From Marsupella aquatica (lineage: Eukaryota; Plantae; Marchantiophyta), in assembly GCA_973895155.1 (NCBI GenBank), contig OZ316893.1, positions 12,788,359-12,852,358 on the forward strand: 64,000 nucleotides of DNA, read 5' to 3'. The position numbers were made by a program, and so were the translations under genes. Of this stretch, positions 1 through 13,439 are shown piece by piece (position 1 is the stretch's first letter; the number at the start of each line of letters is the position of its first letter). The notes beneath the pieces are model-generated. The model made no database searches and was not told the origin of the DNA. It was given only the letters and a program-made list of their open reading frames with translations.

Positions 1-2173
1 GGAGTGTCCTCACATAATGTGGCCGCCAATCTGAACACCTCTGCTGGACTAACTCCCAATGTCAACATATCCGTAGCTGAAAATAATGGCGTGCGCACTA
101 TAGTAGTGGCCGCCCCCAACAAGGTACTTGTCATCCCTGTCACAACATCACTTGATTCCGCCAACTTACCCCCACCTGGGTTAGTCCGAACCGGATTCAT
201 AGAGGTAGTTTGAATTGCCTCTAACAATGTAAATGATTGGGGAAACTTCGTTTGACGATGAATATCCCCTCTCTGAGGATCCAACTCTACCACTGCTCCT
301 CGTGGCTCAAGGGCTTTAACTGCTCCTCGAGTCAAAGCTGCTGATGCATCAACATGCGCAGTGCCACACATAAATCCCATGGTGGCAAGATCTCCATCAG
401 CTCCATAAGAGGTTGAAGCTCCATAGGATGTAGAAGCCCCATCACTAGCAGTAGGTCTAACTTGAGAACTAGCCATTGCAGCTAGTTGTTGCTCCAATTG
501 AGCAATCTTTGCATCCTTAGGATCTGTGGTAACGGTAGGAGCAACATCACCTCCCTGTCTTCCTGCATGTGGCATGCCTTGACCATGTCCACCACCTCTA
601 CCTCCTCTTCCCTGATCATACGCACGTGGTCCTCCCCGTCGTAGTTCAGGATGAAGTACAAAACATCTATCTTTGGTGTGTCCAGAAACTCCACAATGAT
701 CACACTGTCGTTGATCAGGTGTAGATGCCCCTCCTTGCCCCCTATTATCTGGGCAATATCTTTGTGCATGATCCCCACCACAAGTCCAACATCCTGATCG
801 TTGTCCAGCATAAGAAGGCACAGGTCTCTGACTAGTAGATTCCCGTGTTGTAGGCTTCTCTCTCTGGCTCTTACGTGCAGTAGGTTGCGGTGTGGGCGTC
901 GATGCAACCTTTGGTGCTTCCTTAGCAAATCCAGAAGTCACCACCTTCTCATTCACCATATTGAGCTCAATGCGCTCAGCAAGTGCAAAAACTATAGCCA
1001 ATGTGGGATCTGAATCCCTCAATAGAGTGGCATCTCTCACTCTATGACGCAACTCCCTATCGAGAATTGCATACCAAAATTGGACCGCTTGGGCCTCTGT
1101 CACTCCTTGTGTGACCATAATCAATCTTCGCATACGAGTGTATGCCTCACGTAGGCTCTCTCCAGTCTTGCGCTGGAACTCCTGAAGACCCTTCAACTTA
1201 TCGGTTCTCACACCCTGGTAGTTCTGCTTCAATACTTCGAAGAACTTCATCATAGGGTTAAATGTTGGCGCAGCTCCACTCCCAGCCACAATCACACCGG
1301 TAGGAGTAGCGGTGGATGCTGATGGAGTGCCACTCTGGCTAGTGCTGCTAGAAGAAGCCGCAGCTGTAGCAATGGGTTGGGCAACCGCACTTGTGCCATA
1401 AGTGATGGACACATAGTTTGGTGACCAATGCTGTCTCCATGCCTCAATATCCACTAAATGAGCCTTTCGAAACTCATGGTAGTCATCCATGGGTGGCCCC
1501 TCCAACTCGGGGGTCTCACTCTATGGGGACCTCCCCATCACCTGCGACGTTTTTAGGCCTTGGATGCCCTAAAATGTAAGAAAAAAATATTATTTTTTAA
1601 CCCCTATAAAGTTGGAATATTCTTGGAATATTCCAAAAATTGGATTGAAAAGGCCCTAATATTCTTATAAGTCTCAAAATTGAATTTAAAAGACCCTATT
1701 GTTCTTCTACAAAAATTCTTAAGTCTTCCCTTACAACCAATAAAATGACCCTATCCTTCGTCGCACGTGATATGCCATTTTTGTGGAAGTGAAACCCCCG
1801 AGCCCTCCAAATGCTGAAACAACCCTTTCCAAGCCATGAAAGGTGTGAACAATGTGGCATTACGCATTGTCTGCATATCACACCACGTATCAAACTCTTG
1901 GATGAAATCATCCAAATCAATCGTGCCAACTGCACCAGAGTATCTCCTCGGTCCTTTCGTGGCCCCATACATCTCTTCCATATCCCACAACAATGGCACA
2001 GTCACTTGATGTCGAGGAGAACTGGCTACTAAGTCCTCGTCAGAATCACTATCTGAAACCCCACTTGTAACCACTAACAATGTCGTCGGCCAAAATTGCA
2101 CTCCACTCCGAGTGAAACCAGACCGTCGTCCCTCAGGTAGCCCCGTATCACCAGAGGACTCCGTGATGACCAA
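1..2173 (-). mobile_element. Gag ORF of an LTR retrotransposon (probably Ty3/gypsy), interrupted by a MITE and running off the left window edge
   Basis: Removing the MITE at 1506-1802 and one TSD copy restores a continuous minus-strand frame: ...DLDDFIQEFDTWCD...LFQHLEG|PPMDDYHEF...LQEFQRKTGESLREAYTRMRRL... It contains two zinc knuckles, CWTCGGDHAQRYC and CDHCGVSGHTKDRC, and an RGG-rich nucleocapsid segment. The superfamily assignment is inference because pol is outside the window. Confidence 0.85.
1506..1802. mobile_element. MITE, hAT-like by its 8-bp TSD, inserted in gag
   Basis: 14-bp TIRs ctcgggggtctcac / gtgaaacccccgag with one mismatch; perfect TSD ccctccaa at 1498-1505 and 1803-1810. 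Confidence 0.92.
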
Positions 2174-2224
2174 TTTTCCCTAAATGGTCACCATCAACTC
2201 ACCATTATCAATAATCAACCGATT

Positions 2225-2600
2225 GGCGAAACGGTGTTCCGTGGATACCCATCACTCAATCCCGGAACGGTGTTCCATAATGCACCACCACCAATCTCCA
2301 AGACAATTGACGAAACGGTGTTCCGTCAATTGCTTAGTTGCGGGATAGTGTTCCGCAACCCTCCATCACCAATAGCCAAGCTAATTGGCGGAACAGTGTT
2401 CCGTGGAAAACCAATCTTCCCAAAATTATCACAACAAAATGGTAATCTGTACCCGATCGTTCTCCAATATGCACTCACGACGGAACAGTGTTCCGTGGAA
2501 GACCAATCTTCCCAAAACTACCACGACGGAACGGTGTTCCGCGGTCAACCAATCTCCAATATGCCCTCTCAACGGAACGGTGTTCCGTGGAAGACCTTCA
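2225..2600. repeat. Degenerate tandem repeat (core cggaacggtgttccgtgg) in the retroelement 5' leader
   Basis: About 8 copies of (g/a)acggtgttcc-like units spaced roughly 40-90 bp apart, between the putative LTR and the gag start. Confidence 0.8.
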
Positions 2601-2648
2601 CAACCCTATTGCTGCGAAAACCCCGCCGCAATTCCCGGACAAAGTCAC

Positions 2649-3579
2649 TGTTCACTCACTTTGTCGTTTTCCTTGTGCCCTAGGTCGCCGCCACACCTCG
2701 CCTCTTCGCGGTGCACTACATCGCCTCTCCGTGGTGCGCTACGTCGCCATAGGGGACACAATTTGTCAACATCCAACGTCGCTTTCTTCAAAGAAATGCA
2801 CTATCCGTCAACATCAAGCTTGACGAATCTCAAATCCGCAAGATACAACTTCAACTATCAACCCCCGATTGGAACCATCCCCAACCAGAATCACAAACAA
2901 TCACAAGTCCGACCAACTTGCCTTCACAAAACCGCAGCGAATACTCTTAGCAATCCGCGCATAACAATCGACGACAACTTCCGATCATCGACCGCACATT
3001 CAGTCTTCCAACATGCTGCAATGTTGATCGATGCAAATCGCAACTCCAAACGCGCAACTCAACAACTCAAAGCTCCGCATCCACTCGAGCTTTCTCAACA
3101 CCAACTTGTAACAGAACGAGATACCAGCGATCCGTTCAACAACAAAACCCGATCCGAGATACCACGAATCGTCAACAACAAAACCTCAACGAAATCGAAC
3201 TTCTGTTTGCACGATCCGTACATCAGAATTTGAAGCTGATCTTTCAATGTAATCTTCTTCAATAGTGCAAATCAAACAATGATCGGTGCTAATCCAACAA
3301 CGATCCCATCCGACGCGATCACACATGTATGTCAAGCCCAACGCACCTTGTGCTTCAAGGAATCCACGTTACATGCACACAACCTGGTCAGCCACACCAT
3401 AGCCACCAAGCTCATGCTCAAAGGCTCAACATTGAAAGATGATGCCTTTGAGCCAACACAAGGGGATAACTATTCCTCACACCAACTCAAACTAAACACA
3501 ATGCTCATATAGCACACATACAAAACCCCTATACCTAGATAGTACGATATGCTTTACTACCACTCTAAATGGTGTGACA
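2649..3579 (-). mobile_element. Probable 5' LTR of the gag-bearing retrotransposon
   Basis: TG...CA termini with a short inverted repeat (tgttcac ... gtgaca), located upstream of the leader and gag. The second LTR is not in the window and no canonical PBS is recognised, so the boundaries are tentative. Confidence 0.5.
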
Positions 3580-3582
3580 AGA

Positions 3583-4688
3583 TCTATCCATACATCCCTT
3601 CTAAAAATAAGTTCCTGCCCAAGCTACCCTTTAACCTTCAATTGTGATACCTGTCACAATTGAAAACATTAATCAAATTTTAATTAAATTTATTAATAAA
3701 TTAAAAATTGTATTTTTTAAAATAATTTTAAATATAAATAAAATATAGATAAAATATTTTCTCATCTTGACATCTTTTCTTCATATTAAGATCTTCTCAT
3801 CTCAAGATCTTTGCTCATCTTGACATATTTTACTCACCTTGAGATCTTTTCTTTCCTTGACATATTTTTCTCAGCTGGAAATGTTTTTCTCTTATCGACA
3901 TCTTTTCTCACCTCAACATGCATCATTTGTGCAATGCACAGGTATCAGGCCCAATATGTACTTAACAACATCTTTTGCTTCATAACATTGTTTAGTAATG
4001 ACATACTTTATCTATTGACCATTTTATACTTAACAACATCTTAATACTTAACGACATCTTTGGCATAACGACATCGTTGGCAACATGACATCTACGTATT
4101 TGACACAAATTTTTACTTGATGACCTTTTGGGCAACATGCCATCTTTGGCGAAATGACTTCTTTTTCTTAACACCATCTTTTTACTTCATGACATTTTTC
4201 ACATAAGAACATCATCCTTGGGAAACACAACATATCATTCTCTTAAGAGCATTTTGGGCGCCACAATATTTTCCTCTTAGTGACATCTTGGGGTACACTA
4301 CATCTTGGGCGCCACAACATCTGTTTTCTTAACAATATCTTGGGCGCCATGATATCCTTATTTTAATGATATTTTGGGCGACACAACACTTTTTTTCTTA
4401 ACGACATCTTTTGTGCAATGCATGCGTAATTTCCCTCAACGATGTCTTGGCCGACACGACATATTTTCTCTCAATGATGTCTTTGCCGACACGACATCTT
4501 GGCCGACATGACAACTTTTTTTTCAACGACCTCTTGGCCAACATGACATCTTTTTTTCTCTCAACCACCTCTTGGCCGACATGACATTTTTCTCTCCACG
4601 ACCTCTTGGCTTACTCGACATCTTTTTTTTCTCAACGACATCTTGGCCGACACGACTTCTTTTGTGCAACGCACGGGTATTGAACTCG
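3583..4688 (+). mobile_element. Non-autonomous Helitron, copy 1
   Basis: 5' A|TCTATCCATAC and a 3' hairpin-like gtgcaacgcacggg followed by CTCG|T (degenerate CTAG|T). The body is made of short degenerate tandem repeats. Both ends are homologous to 37594-39344 in reverse orientation. Confidence 0.75.
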
Positions 4689-5750
4689 TATAGAATAAAA
4701 AGATATATTTCAGGTTATATCACATAAGAATTATCGCATGTATTCTGCATTCCCTACAATAAAAATAAGTATATCATTTGATACTCCTGGTCAATCAATC
4801 GAAGAGTACACAAAAATCTTTTAAAAATGTCACTGCTGGGGTTGACTTCCTCCATTCCTACTTTTGTAACCATATGAAAGAACTCAGGTTGACTTCCTTC
4901 ATTTCCAATTTTGTAAGCGTATGAAAGAACCTTTTGGTGGTGCTATTATAGATGTCTATCTCCTGTGGTTTGCTGTCCTCAACTTTACAATAAATTTGTC
5001 ATCTTAAGACTTGCCTCCCAAACAAGTTGGAAGAAGCACAACAGACTTCAAACTAATCACTTCAAAAGTAAAATTATTTGTGCGGAGTGGAAGAATGTCA
5101 AACATAGTTACTCAGTTCCTCTTAATATCCTCCGCATTATATTTATTTATTAAATCCATAAGGTTGCTTCAACTTTCAACTATCTCTCCCGAATGGTAAT
5201 AAAATGCTTTTATTGTATCTAGATTTAAATGAGAAAATAAGCATTCCTCCCCCCAAAAGGCAAAAATAGTTGTCTTGTAATGTTTCCCTCAAAAAATGAT
5301 TCCCATGATGAGAAGAATAAATAGACATTCCTTTTTAGAGTTTGGATGGATTTATGAGTAACCCCTTTAGAGCAATAATACATTAGTTTTGGGTGACTTG
5401 GTACTTGTGCCTCTATGCTTATTCCTTTAGAAATTGTTTAATTCTCATCAGAGCTTATTCTTTTTGTAAAGTGTTGGTCCCATTTCTATCCCAAAATGCC
5501 ATTTTTCTAGAAGAACACCCTATAGCTTAGAATCTAGACAATTTTGAATCCCTTTCAGAAATATGGTGGGCTCTCGTGTTTTTCTCTAGTGACTTAGGTT
5601 ATAGTGTATGAAGGATCAATTTAACATAACTTGAATCTAAGGATGAAACAACATATTCTAACAAAGGATGTGCAACATTGAAAAACAAATATAGACCTAA
5701 AGGAGAGGGTCTCAAAACAAAAATTAAAAACATTAAGAGGGGGGTAAAAA

Positions 5751-6053
5751 CCCGGGGTCCTCACTTCTTTTCTTCCAATCCATCATGCGCAAATAAGTAT
5801 AGGGTTTTTTATTGGGTTTAGTGAAATACTTTTAAATTTTTGTTGAAGAACATTAGGGTTATTTTAATCCAATTTTGAGAATTATAAGAATCATAGGGTT
5901 TTTTAAAATCAAATATGAGAATATTCTTGGAATATTCCATTAAGTTAGGGGTAAAAAATTCCTAAAAAAAATTATTGACTTAACTTTTAGGGTGTTTATT
6001 CCCCCAAAACTTCGAGCGTGATATGGGATACCCCTTGGATTGAGGCCCCCGAG
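5751..6053. mobile_element. MITE, related subfamily with 8-bp TSD
   Basis: TIRs cccggggtcctca / tgaggcccccgag; perfect TSD ggtaaaaa at 5743-5750 and 6054-6061; internal blocks (ttttattgg, ttttgaga, ggaatattcc) shared with the 1506 copy. Confidence 0.88.
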
Positions 6054-7935
6054 GGTAAAAACAATCTCAACGTCCAAAATTAGTTCGTGGACCCCTTGGC
6101 TAATAAAATCAGGCGGAAGAGTCGATCTGAGCCGTCTCCATTTCTTATCTCCGGAAATCTCGTCCGTCCATCATAATGGCCAATCTATGGCTCAAAAGAA
6201 AGATCTCAAATAGATCTATGGATGGGTTCTGTCCGTTTTGCAAATGGGTTAATATATTTCAAATGAAAAATTAAACAAATCCAAGCCTTCCTAGTCATCG
6301 ATTTTGTTGATTTTACGATCTTTGCCGTCCATTTTGTAATCCCTCTAGAAATCTTATTCATCCATGTTAGAAGGTGATCTAGGATGCAAAAGAAAGAACT
6401 CAATGAGATCTAGGACTGGGTATTTTTTGTTTTGAGAATGAGTAAATAGTTTTGAGTATAAAATTTGATGAACTTTCAAGATTCCAGCCATTCCTCCTCC
6501 TCGATCCTGGGTTTCTATGTGCTCTTCCCAGCATTAATGGCCGTACAATACGAGAGGCCCCTACATACCGGGAGTTGTGGTTTAACAAGGAAGTTATCAA
6601 GTTAGTTATTAGTCATTATTTATTATATGAAAAATACTTTTTATAAATCTTTGAATTTAAGTTTTAAAATTGGAAATGTAACTAAAATGGTTACATAGTG
6701 ACAGTTTTAACCGTCTTGTTCTTTGCATTTTCAATGTTTTTACTTTTCTTGTTACGGCACGGCATCCCAAAATTTACACCCAAATTGACACAAACACGAA
6801 TGAAAACTATAAGTTTGATTCACAAAACCGACGAGTCTTGTTTGTTGCAATTGTTGTTGACGTGGCATGCTGTGGTGCCAGGAATTTTGGAAGGGACCTC
6901 TAGTGGGGTCCGTAAATACAAAGAATACACCTTGTCTTAGATAAAATAATCAAAATAAAAATACATCTAAAAAATCTCAATAAGACAGTATACCGTGAGT
7001 AGGCTCCCAAACAAGGTAAGTAACACCATTACAAACTTGTCACTAGGAGACAAAGGGTGCACAATATTACTGGAAGACAACATCAAAGCCTTTATGGACT
7101 CGGGGGTGATGTATGGCCCTACATACAATGACTCCCACCCCCCCTCCAGTTTCTGGAGCTGGTAGTTTTTGTTTGCATAATTATATTGCCACATCTAGGT
7201 ACTTGTTTTCTGTGGTGGGGTGTGTAGCTGGCCTTGATGTTGCAGGTTGTATGTTGGATCCCCGGTTGGATCCATTTCTAAAATTTTTGACTTCATGTGA
7301 GCGGGCATGTGAGAATGAAGTATGGGGGTATTAGTCATTTTAAAGAAGTACGTACAGCAGGGGAAACCAATCAAAGTCTGCCACATGTCATCACATGATT
7401 CACCATCTGAAAAATGTCAATAAAGGATTGATGGTTTTTAGTTTTAATTTTCCTATTTATTGAAGGGGGTGCTTTGGTATGGGCATGGGTATGGGCATTT
7501 GCACAGAGTAGGCAATGTTTTATAATTAATTAAGCTGAACCTCTACTAGCTTGTAAGTTTTGTATGACCCCAGGAATTAGCTTTAGGTCTTGTTCATCAA
7601 ACACAAATAAACGAAATAAAAACAATTGTAGGAACCGTGTGCGATCCAATTATGGATATTTTTATAGAGTATGAGGTAAATGAAGGCATTTTAAACTTGT
7701 ATTTATAGAAGATACATTTTTAAAAGTAAAATAGGTAATTAATATCAAAAATAGAGCAGATTATTCTTAGAACAACGTACTCTTTCACTTATCAATATCT
7801 TGCAAACTATAAACTGTCTAGTTACAGTCTGTTGCTTTTATTGCGTCCCTCAAACTAAGAAGCACTTTGGAATTCCCGAAAACAAAAGTGTTGCAAGTTA
7901 CACAGTTACACCACAACTGCAATTTCATTGGATTT

Positions 7936-8238
7936 AACCCAAAGGCCCCTAGCATTCATAAAACTAAATGGGCATATGTGCAAACCAGGTTCATGCACAA
8001 ATGAGTATAAGTATTTAATTGGGCTCTAGAGGTGATTTTTGTAAAATTGTTGTGAGAAAGCTTTAGAGCTGTTTTGAGAATTATAAAAATTATCGGGTTT
8101 TTAAAATGAAAATTAAGAATATTGCATAAATATGAGGTAACAAATCCCTAAAAACAGTTTCTTTAAATCACTTAAGTTTTAGAGTGTTTATTCCCCCAAA
8201 ACTTCGCATGACATATGGAAACTCCCCTGGCTTGGAGT
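7936..8238. mobile_element. Degenerate MITE/hAT-like fragment
   Basis: The left end resembles the start of the 9691 element. The right part shares gtgtttattcccccaaaacttcg with the 5751 MITE. No TSD is recognised. Confidence 0.45.
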
Positions 8239-9690
8239 GAGTCACTATTCTATCTTAGTTTATTCTACGCACTTGGCCACCGGATACGCCCTATTTTATA
8301 AGCAAGTTTTCAATCCTTATAATAATCTTACATTGAATTGACCATTATGTTAGGTTTCTACTAAACAACTGTACCTCTCAACTCAAGGATTCCAAAAATG
8401 TAACCTGAAAAAAGACACATGTTTTGATGTGAAGAAAAAATTGATCAAAACCAGATTATATCATTTATTAAACTATATTTGAGACTACTCTTTGATGTGG
8501 GCTTTGATGCTAGCGGCATGTGTTCCCAAGGTGTACATGGGCTTAAATAGATAAATGTGCAAAACCATGTCAAACATAATTTTTTGATGTTTTAATTGTA
8601 AAATTAATTATGGGCAATTAAAATGCTAGTCCATAGGCTAGAAGAGCTGCCTTTGCTTCAAGAGTTGCATAACATATACTTATGATGCTACCAAGAGACA
8701 AGGCCCCAGGTGCTGATGGGATGATCGACTGCTGAGGTACAACGAGCTAGCTGGGAGTTCATGACTTCAGGAGGATCTGTATGCCATGATATGCGACTTC
8801 TGGAGGCCTCATGTCCTGCGATATCAAATCAGGTGTCATTGTTTCATCCCTAAGAAGACAGACAAGCGCCGCCTTGGGGACTGGAGACCTCTCACTATGC
8901 TGAGTATTACTTATATATAAGCTCATTGCCAAGCTGTTAGAGCAGCGTTTAACAATCCTGCTGACGCGTATGATCTATTCCCAGCAGACGGGGTTTATCC
9001 CTTGTCGGCACATTCTAGAGAATATTTCTTTGGCCTGGCTGATGCATGATTGCCTTCACTGCACTAAGACCCCGGCTCTGTTCCTGCAGTTGGACTTCAA
9101 GAAGGCCTTTGATCGAGTGGATCATTCTTACATATGGGAAACAATGAACCTTCTGGGTTTGGGAACTCACTTCATTTTCTTGATTAAATCTCTGCTAAGT
9201 GGCTCATGCTCAGATACGGTACTCTGATCGAATGGGCTTGATCTGGACTGTTGATATCCAAATGTCCCTGGGAGAGAGACAAGGCTGTCCTCTCTCACCC
9301 TGTTTTTTTGCTCTGGCTACCCAACCCCTTATGGATTTCTGCCCAGCGGAAATCAGGGCTGGTAGACTTCAAGGAATTAAGATCTCTGAGCTTTTAACAA
9401 ATTGCATGATCCCTTTTAATTCCTGCCACAAAGATCGCCTTTGAGCAGGCCAGAGAAGCTATTCACTGTTACTAGCTGGCTATTGGAGCTAAGCTCAATC
9501 TTAAGAAGTCTAAGTATTGTGATTCCACTGGGTCTTGTAGATATACCCCCCTTGGCTCATTAACACTGGTTGCAAGATTAGTGCTGCAGGCATGGTTCAG
9601 AGATATTTGCATTGGGAGCCCCTTTTGGCTTTGGACTTGCTGCGTCCCAGCTACACAGCTTCTGCCTTGATAGAATTGGAGTGCGACTTT

Positions 9691-10687
9691 CCCTGGGCCC
9701 CAGCCTTTGTAAACTAAAGGGGTATACCTGTGTACACCCCCCTCCCTAACACCCGCCCTAACACCCCTTATTGTTTTTGGGAGCCTATAAAAATTTCTCT
9801 TGTTATTCTTAAAAACCTAAATTTTGAGAATAAATTTACCCCTTTGTGATATTATAATTTCATTCTTAGTTTTCATCATTTATAGAAGCCTTGAGAAGTT
9901 ATAAAGTCATCTATGTGTGGACGGTTCCAAAATTGGTGGGAGGGTTTTAGGTGGGTAACTATACATTTTTATGTTTAAGCCAAACTTCAACTTTGGGCAT
10001 ATTGAAACCCCATGGGGTAGTCAGGGTTGAAAAGCCCCAAAGTTCTAAACTTGAAAAACTCCTCATCATATATAGGTGCCCTATATTATATATGCCACAC
10101 TGTACATGTTCCAATAAAGGGTGGCCACTTGGACCAATCCTATCATGATGCCCTGGATGACGCATGTCACATCCACATGACACCAAGGGGTATCAAAAAA
10201 TAATCTCCAAAGTCTCCACCAAAAGGAGTGGAAACTCCTTTTAAGTGCAATAAATAGGGGGGGTTACACTCAAGGGTTGTGATCTTAGTTTGGCATATCA
10301 AAGGCTATAATTTAACCTAGATCTTAATTTGGAAGTGTATCCCATCTTTGGGGAAGTGTGTCCAACTTTGAGGAAGTGTGTCCAACCTTTTAGTAAGTGT
10401 CCCAACTTTAAATTTACTCCTTGCTAATCTCTTTTCTTAATGAGGACTGTGAGGGCTAATCCATAGTCCTTTTTGCAACTTTTGGTCCAGCTTTTGGTAC
10501 CCCTCAATCTTGTTTTCCACTCTTGAAGCATATTAACTTGGGCAACATTTATGTGAGCTTGTATAAGTTATAAAGAGTCCGTTGATACTTCTAAGCCAAT
10601 TATAAAGATTAATCTCACATTGAATTTTTTGCACCCTTCATCCGTTCGCACGTCTAGCCCATTATTAATAATGTTAGGGGCCCAGGG
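9691..10687. mobile_element. Non-autonomous TIR element, hAT-like, about 1 kb, inserted in the LINE
   Basis: Perfect 11-bp TIR ccctgggcccc / ggggcccaggg; 8-bp TSD gcgacttt (9683-9690) and gcgaattt (10688-10695) with one mismatch. LINE homology resumes after it. Confidence 0.85.
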
Positions 10688-11154
10688 GCGAATTTCCTCC
10701 TGGTCAACCACGTTTCTTTCACTTGTTGCCTACTTCTTACAGTTAAGCATGTTCTACGTACAGGCTATTCCCGTCTATCATATGATGTTCTTACAAGATT
10801 TCCTCGTTGGAGACCTTTGGTCAGGTGCAAACTGTTGGAAGAACTCTGAACCCAAATTGCTGGAGTGCGACCTCTGCTTCGACTCCCTGGCCTTTCTATG
10901 GCTGGATGATCGATCACTATGTCTTTCTTTCCTTAATACAGCATGTGACTCAGCTTCTCAGACTAGAGGCTTTGGATCTGATGCTAGATTGTGGTGTTGG
11001 AGCAACAGGGACGTTAATATTGAGCACTTCTACCTAAATTCTAATCATTCAGCCAATGTATGAGATGATCTGCCCTAAGGGTTCAGATTTCATGAGACTT
11101 AACATGATCTGGGAGAAAAAGCTTAGTGAGCTTGAATGGGGCACAATCTAGAAA

Positions 11155-11442
11155 CTCTGGGGTTTCACTTCCATAGAATCGGCACATCACATGCAACAAA
11201 GAATATGGTAGTTTTATTGGTTTTAGGGAAGACTTAGAAATTGTTGTGGAACACCTTTAGGGTCTAGATCCAATTTTGAGTCTTGTAGGAACATTAGGGT
11301 TCTTTAATCAAAATTTTGGAATATTCCAAGAATATTCTAACTTGAGAGGGTTTTAAAATAATATTTTTTCTCACAATTTAGGGGGTGCAGGGCTTAAAAA
11401 CATCCTAGGTGATGGGGGGATCTATGTAATGAGACCCCCAAG
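11155..11442. mobile_element. MITE of the 1506 family, inserted in the LINE
   Basis: TIRs ctctggggtttca / tgagacccccaag; TSD tctagaaa (11147-11154) and tctggaaa (11443-11450). Confidence 0.87.
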
Positions 11443-12691
11443 TCTGGAAAATGATTTGGACGGCTGATTTAGCTACCTGTGCTAAACTTTTTGTTTAGAG
11501 ATTTGTTGCAGCGTATAGACTTTTTTCCGGCTCAAGGGCTAAGAAGATTGGGAAATTTACAGGTTTTTGCTTATTTTGCATTATTTGCTGATTTTGAAAC
11601 CATTCCTCATAATTATCGATCTTTGTCTCCTGCCGACGCTCTATGCTGCTGGTCACTGGCGCACGAATGGATGCCTGGGTGGTCAACTTCTAGACAGGAG
11701 TCTGGAGTTAACTGCCCTCCTGCAGTTTTGAAGAGAGTTTTGAACCAACTGCTGGTGATATCGGAGTGATTGGATAACCTCAGTGCTCTGGCTGCTGCCT
11801 CCACTTCTAGCCATATAACATGCTCATCCTGGAACATGTTTGAGTTTTTGTCTTGTAGTGATTTGAAAGTAAATAAAATATGAGAACATAACTAGAAAGA
11901 TTGGTGCACACTGACCAATGAAAAGTACAATCAAGGATGCTACGATGTCTACACTTAATTCAATGTAATTATGAATGACACTCATTTCAATAAAAACCAT
12001 AAACTTAGGCAAAAAAGACATAAGAAGAACTTAAGACACAATCAGAACCATTTCTCTCACTCATGAGAATACTTTGTTCAAGTGGTGGAGCCCTTCCTTC
12101 ATCTCTGATAAATCACAAACATCAAAATTTATAAAGGGGCTGCCAAAATAAGTTCAAAATACTCTAGAATCTTAAAATTAAAGGGGTCCATAAATTAAAT
12201 AAAAATGTATATTATACACAGGCTGCCCCTTGATAAGGCACATTGAAATAAAAATATATGACACCAAAACTTTCAATAAGACAAAATCTGAAAGGTGTAT
12301 TCACCATAAGCACCTGAGGTTGTAGGGTGCGCGGACTCTGCTGAAACTTGTGCGCAACAAGATCTTGAGTTCTTGCATTGTAAGAATTGAAATGTTCTGA
12401 TAAGATACTTAGAACCAGTGAGAGCAGTTTAGAAACTTGAGTTCTTTTACTTCAAGGAAATAAACAATAGTATAGCAGTGATTTTGTGCTTTTGCTGTCT
12501 GAGCATAGACTGATGGACTGCTGTCTTTTGCTACCTAGCGTTTATCTCAGTCACAGTTGCTGACTCTGATGTTTGGTGCCATTGTGGGGCTACCTCAAAA
12601 TACACTGAAAGGATGATTAGTGGATTAGAAATTAGAGCAAAAGGCTTTATGACTGGACACTTAGCCACCGATTATCCTAGTCGGGATCCTA

Positions 12692-13439
12692 CCGTCTTCC
12701 CCCGAACACAGCGCCCAGACACTATATTCGAATAGTGGGCCATGGGGCGTTATATTCGAATAGTGCGCCCAGGGCGTTGTGTTTGAGTTTTGACACTATG
12801 TTTTGGAATTTTTTTACCTTGTGGCGTTGTGTTTGAATTGTGGCGTTGTATTTGAATAGTGGCATTGTGTTCAAATTTAGGCATTGTGATGAATTTAGGA
12901 TGTAAGCAGGAATGATAGGCAGAGAATTTAGGGAGTAAGCAGAAATGAAAGGCTAATGCTTTCGGACCATTTCAGCCCTGGCCAAATTTGGTGAAGCAAA
13001 ATTTAAAAACGGCTTAGAAAATCATTCTCTGATTTCTATGGGTTTGCACATGGATGTAACTATTTGCAGAGTTGTCAAGTGCCATTTTAATTGAGTATGT
13101 GTGGAAAATATTGCTCCTAGCATTGTTGTCAAGATGTGAAGATTATTAACAACTTTTTGTTTACTTTGCTTATGCTTTGATTGTAATTCATGAATTTGCA
13201 CTTTTTGTGCTCAATGTTGTCAAGATTAGGAAAAACTGAAACACAACCCTGAATATTCAAACACAATGCCACATTCAAACACAATGCCACATTCAAACAC
13301 AACGCCATATTCGAACACAACGCCCGGGCGTTGTGTTAAAATGACGTTGTGTTCGAGTTAAAACTACTTTTTCTTACCAAGACTAAAAAATTTCAACTTT
13401 GGAACACAACGCCCGGGCGTTGTGTTCGGGGGAAGACGG
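12692..13439. mobile_element. Non-autonomous pogo/Tc1-mariner-like element, copy 1
   Basis: TIR of about 24 bp, ccgtcttcccccgaacac...gtgttcgggggaagacgg, with TA on both sides (cTA|...|TAg). Subterminal arrays of ggcgttgtgttcgaa-like repeats. A second copy lies at 36087-36809. Confidence 0.9.

Larger units (their letters stand above)
8640..11830 (+). mobile_element. Decayed L1-type LINE (RT and zf-RVT region) with two nested DNA-transposon insertions
   Basis: Motifs KAPGADG, DWRPLTMLS, QQTGFIPCRHILENI, LQLDFKKAFDRVDH, RQGCPLSP, and WKMIW...KLFV*R at the zf-RVT start. Many stops and frameshifts. Confidence 0.9.

Noticed and set aside
2385-3233. 282-aa + strand ORF
   Set aside because: It has a non-ATG start, lies antisense within the retroelement leader/LTR, is partly repeat-derived and shows no domain.
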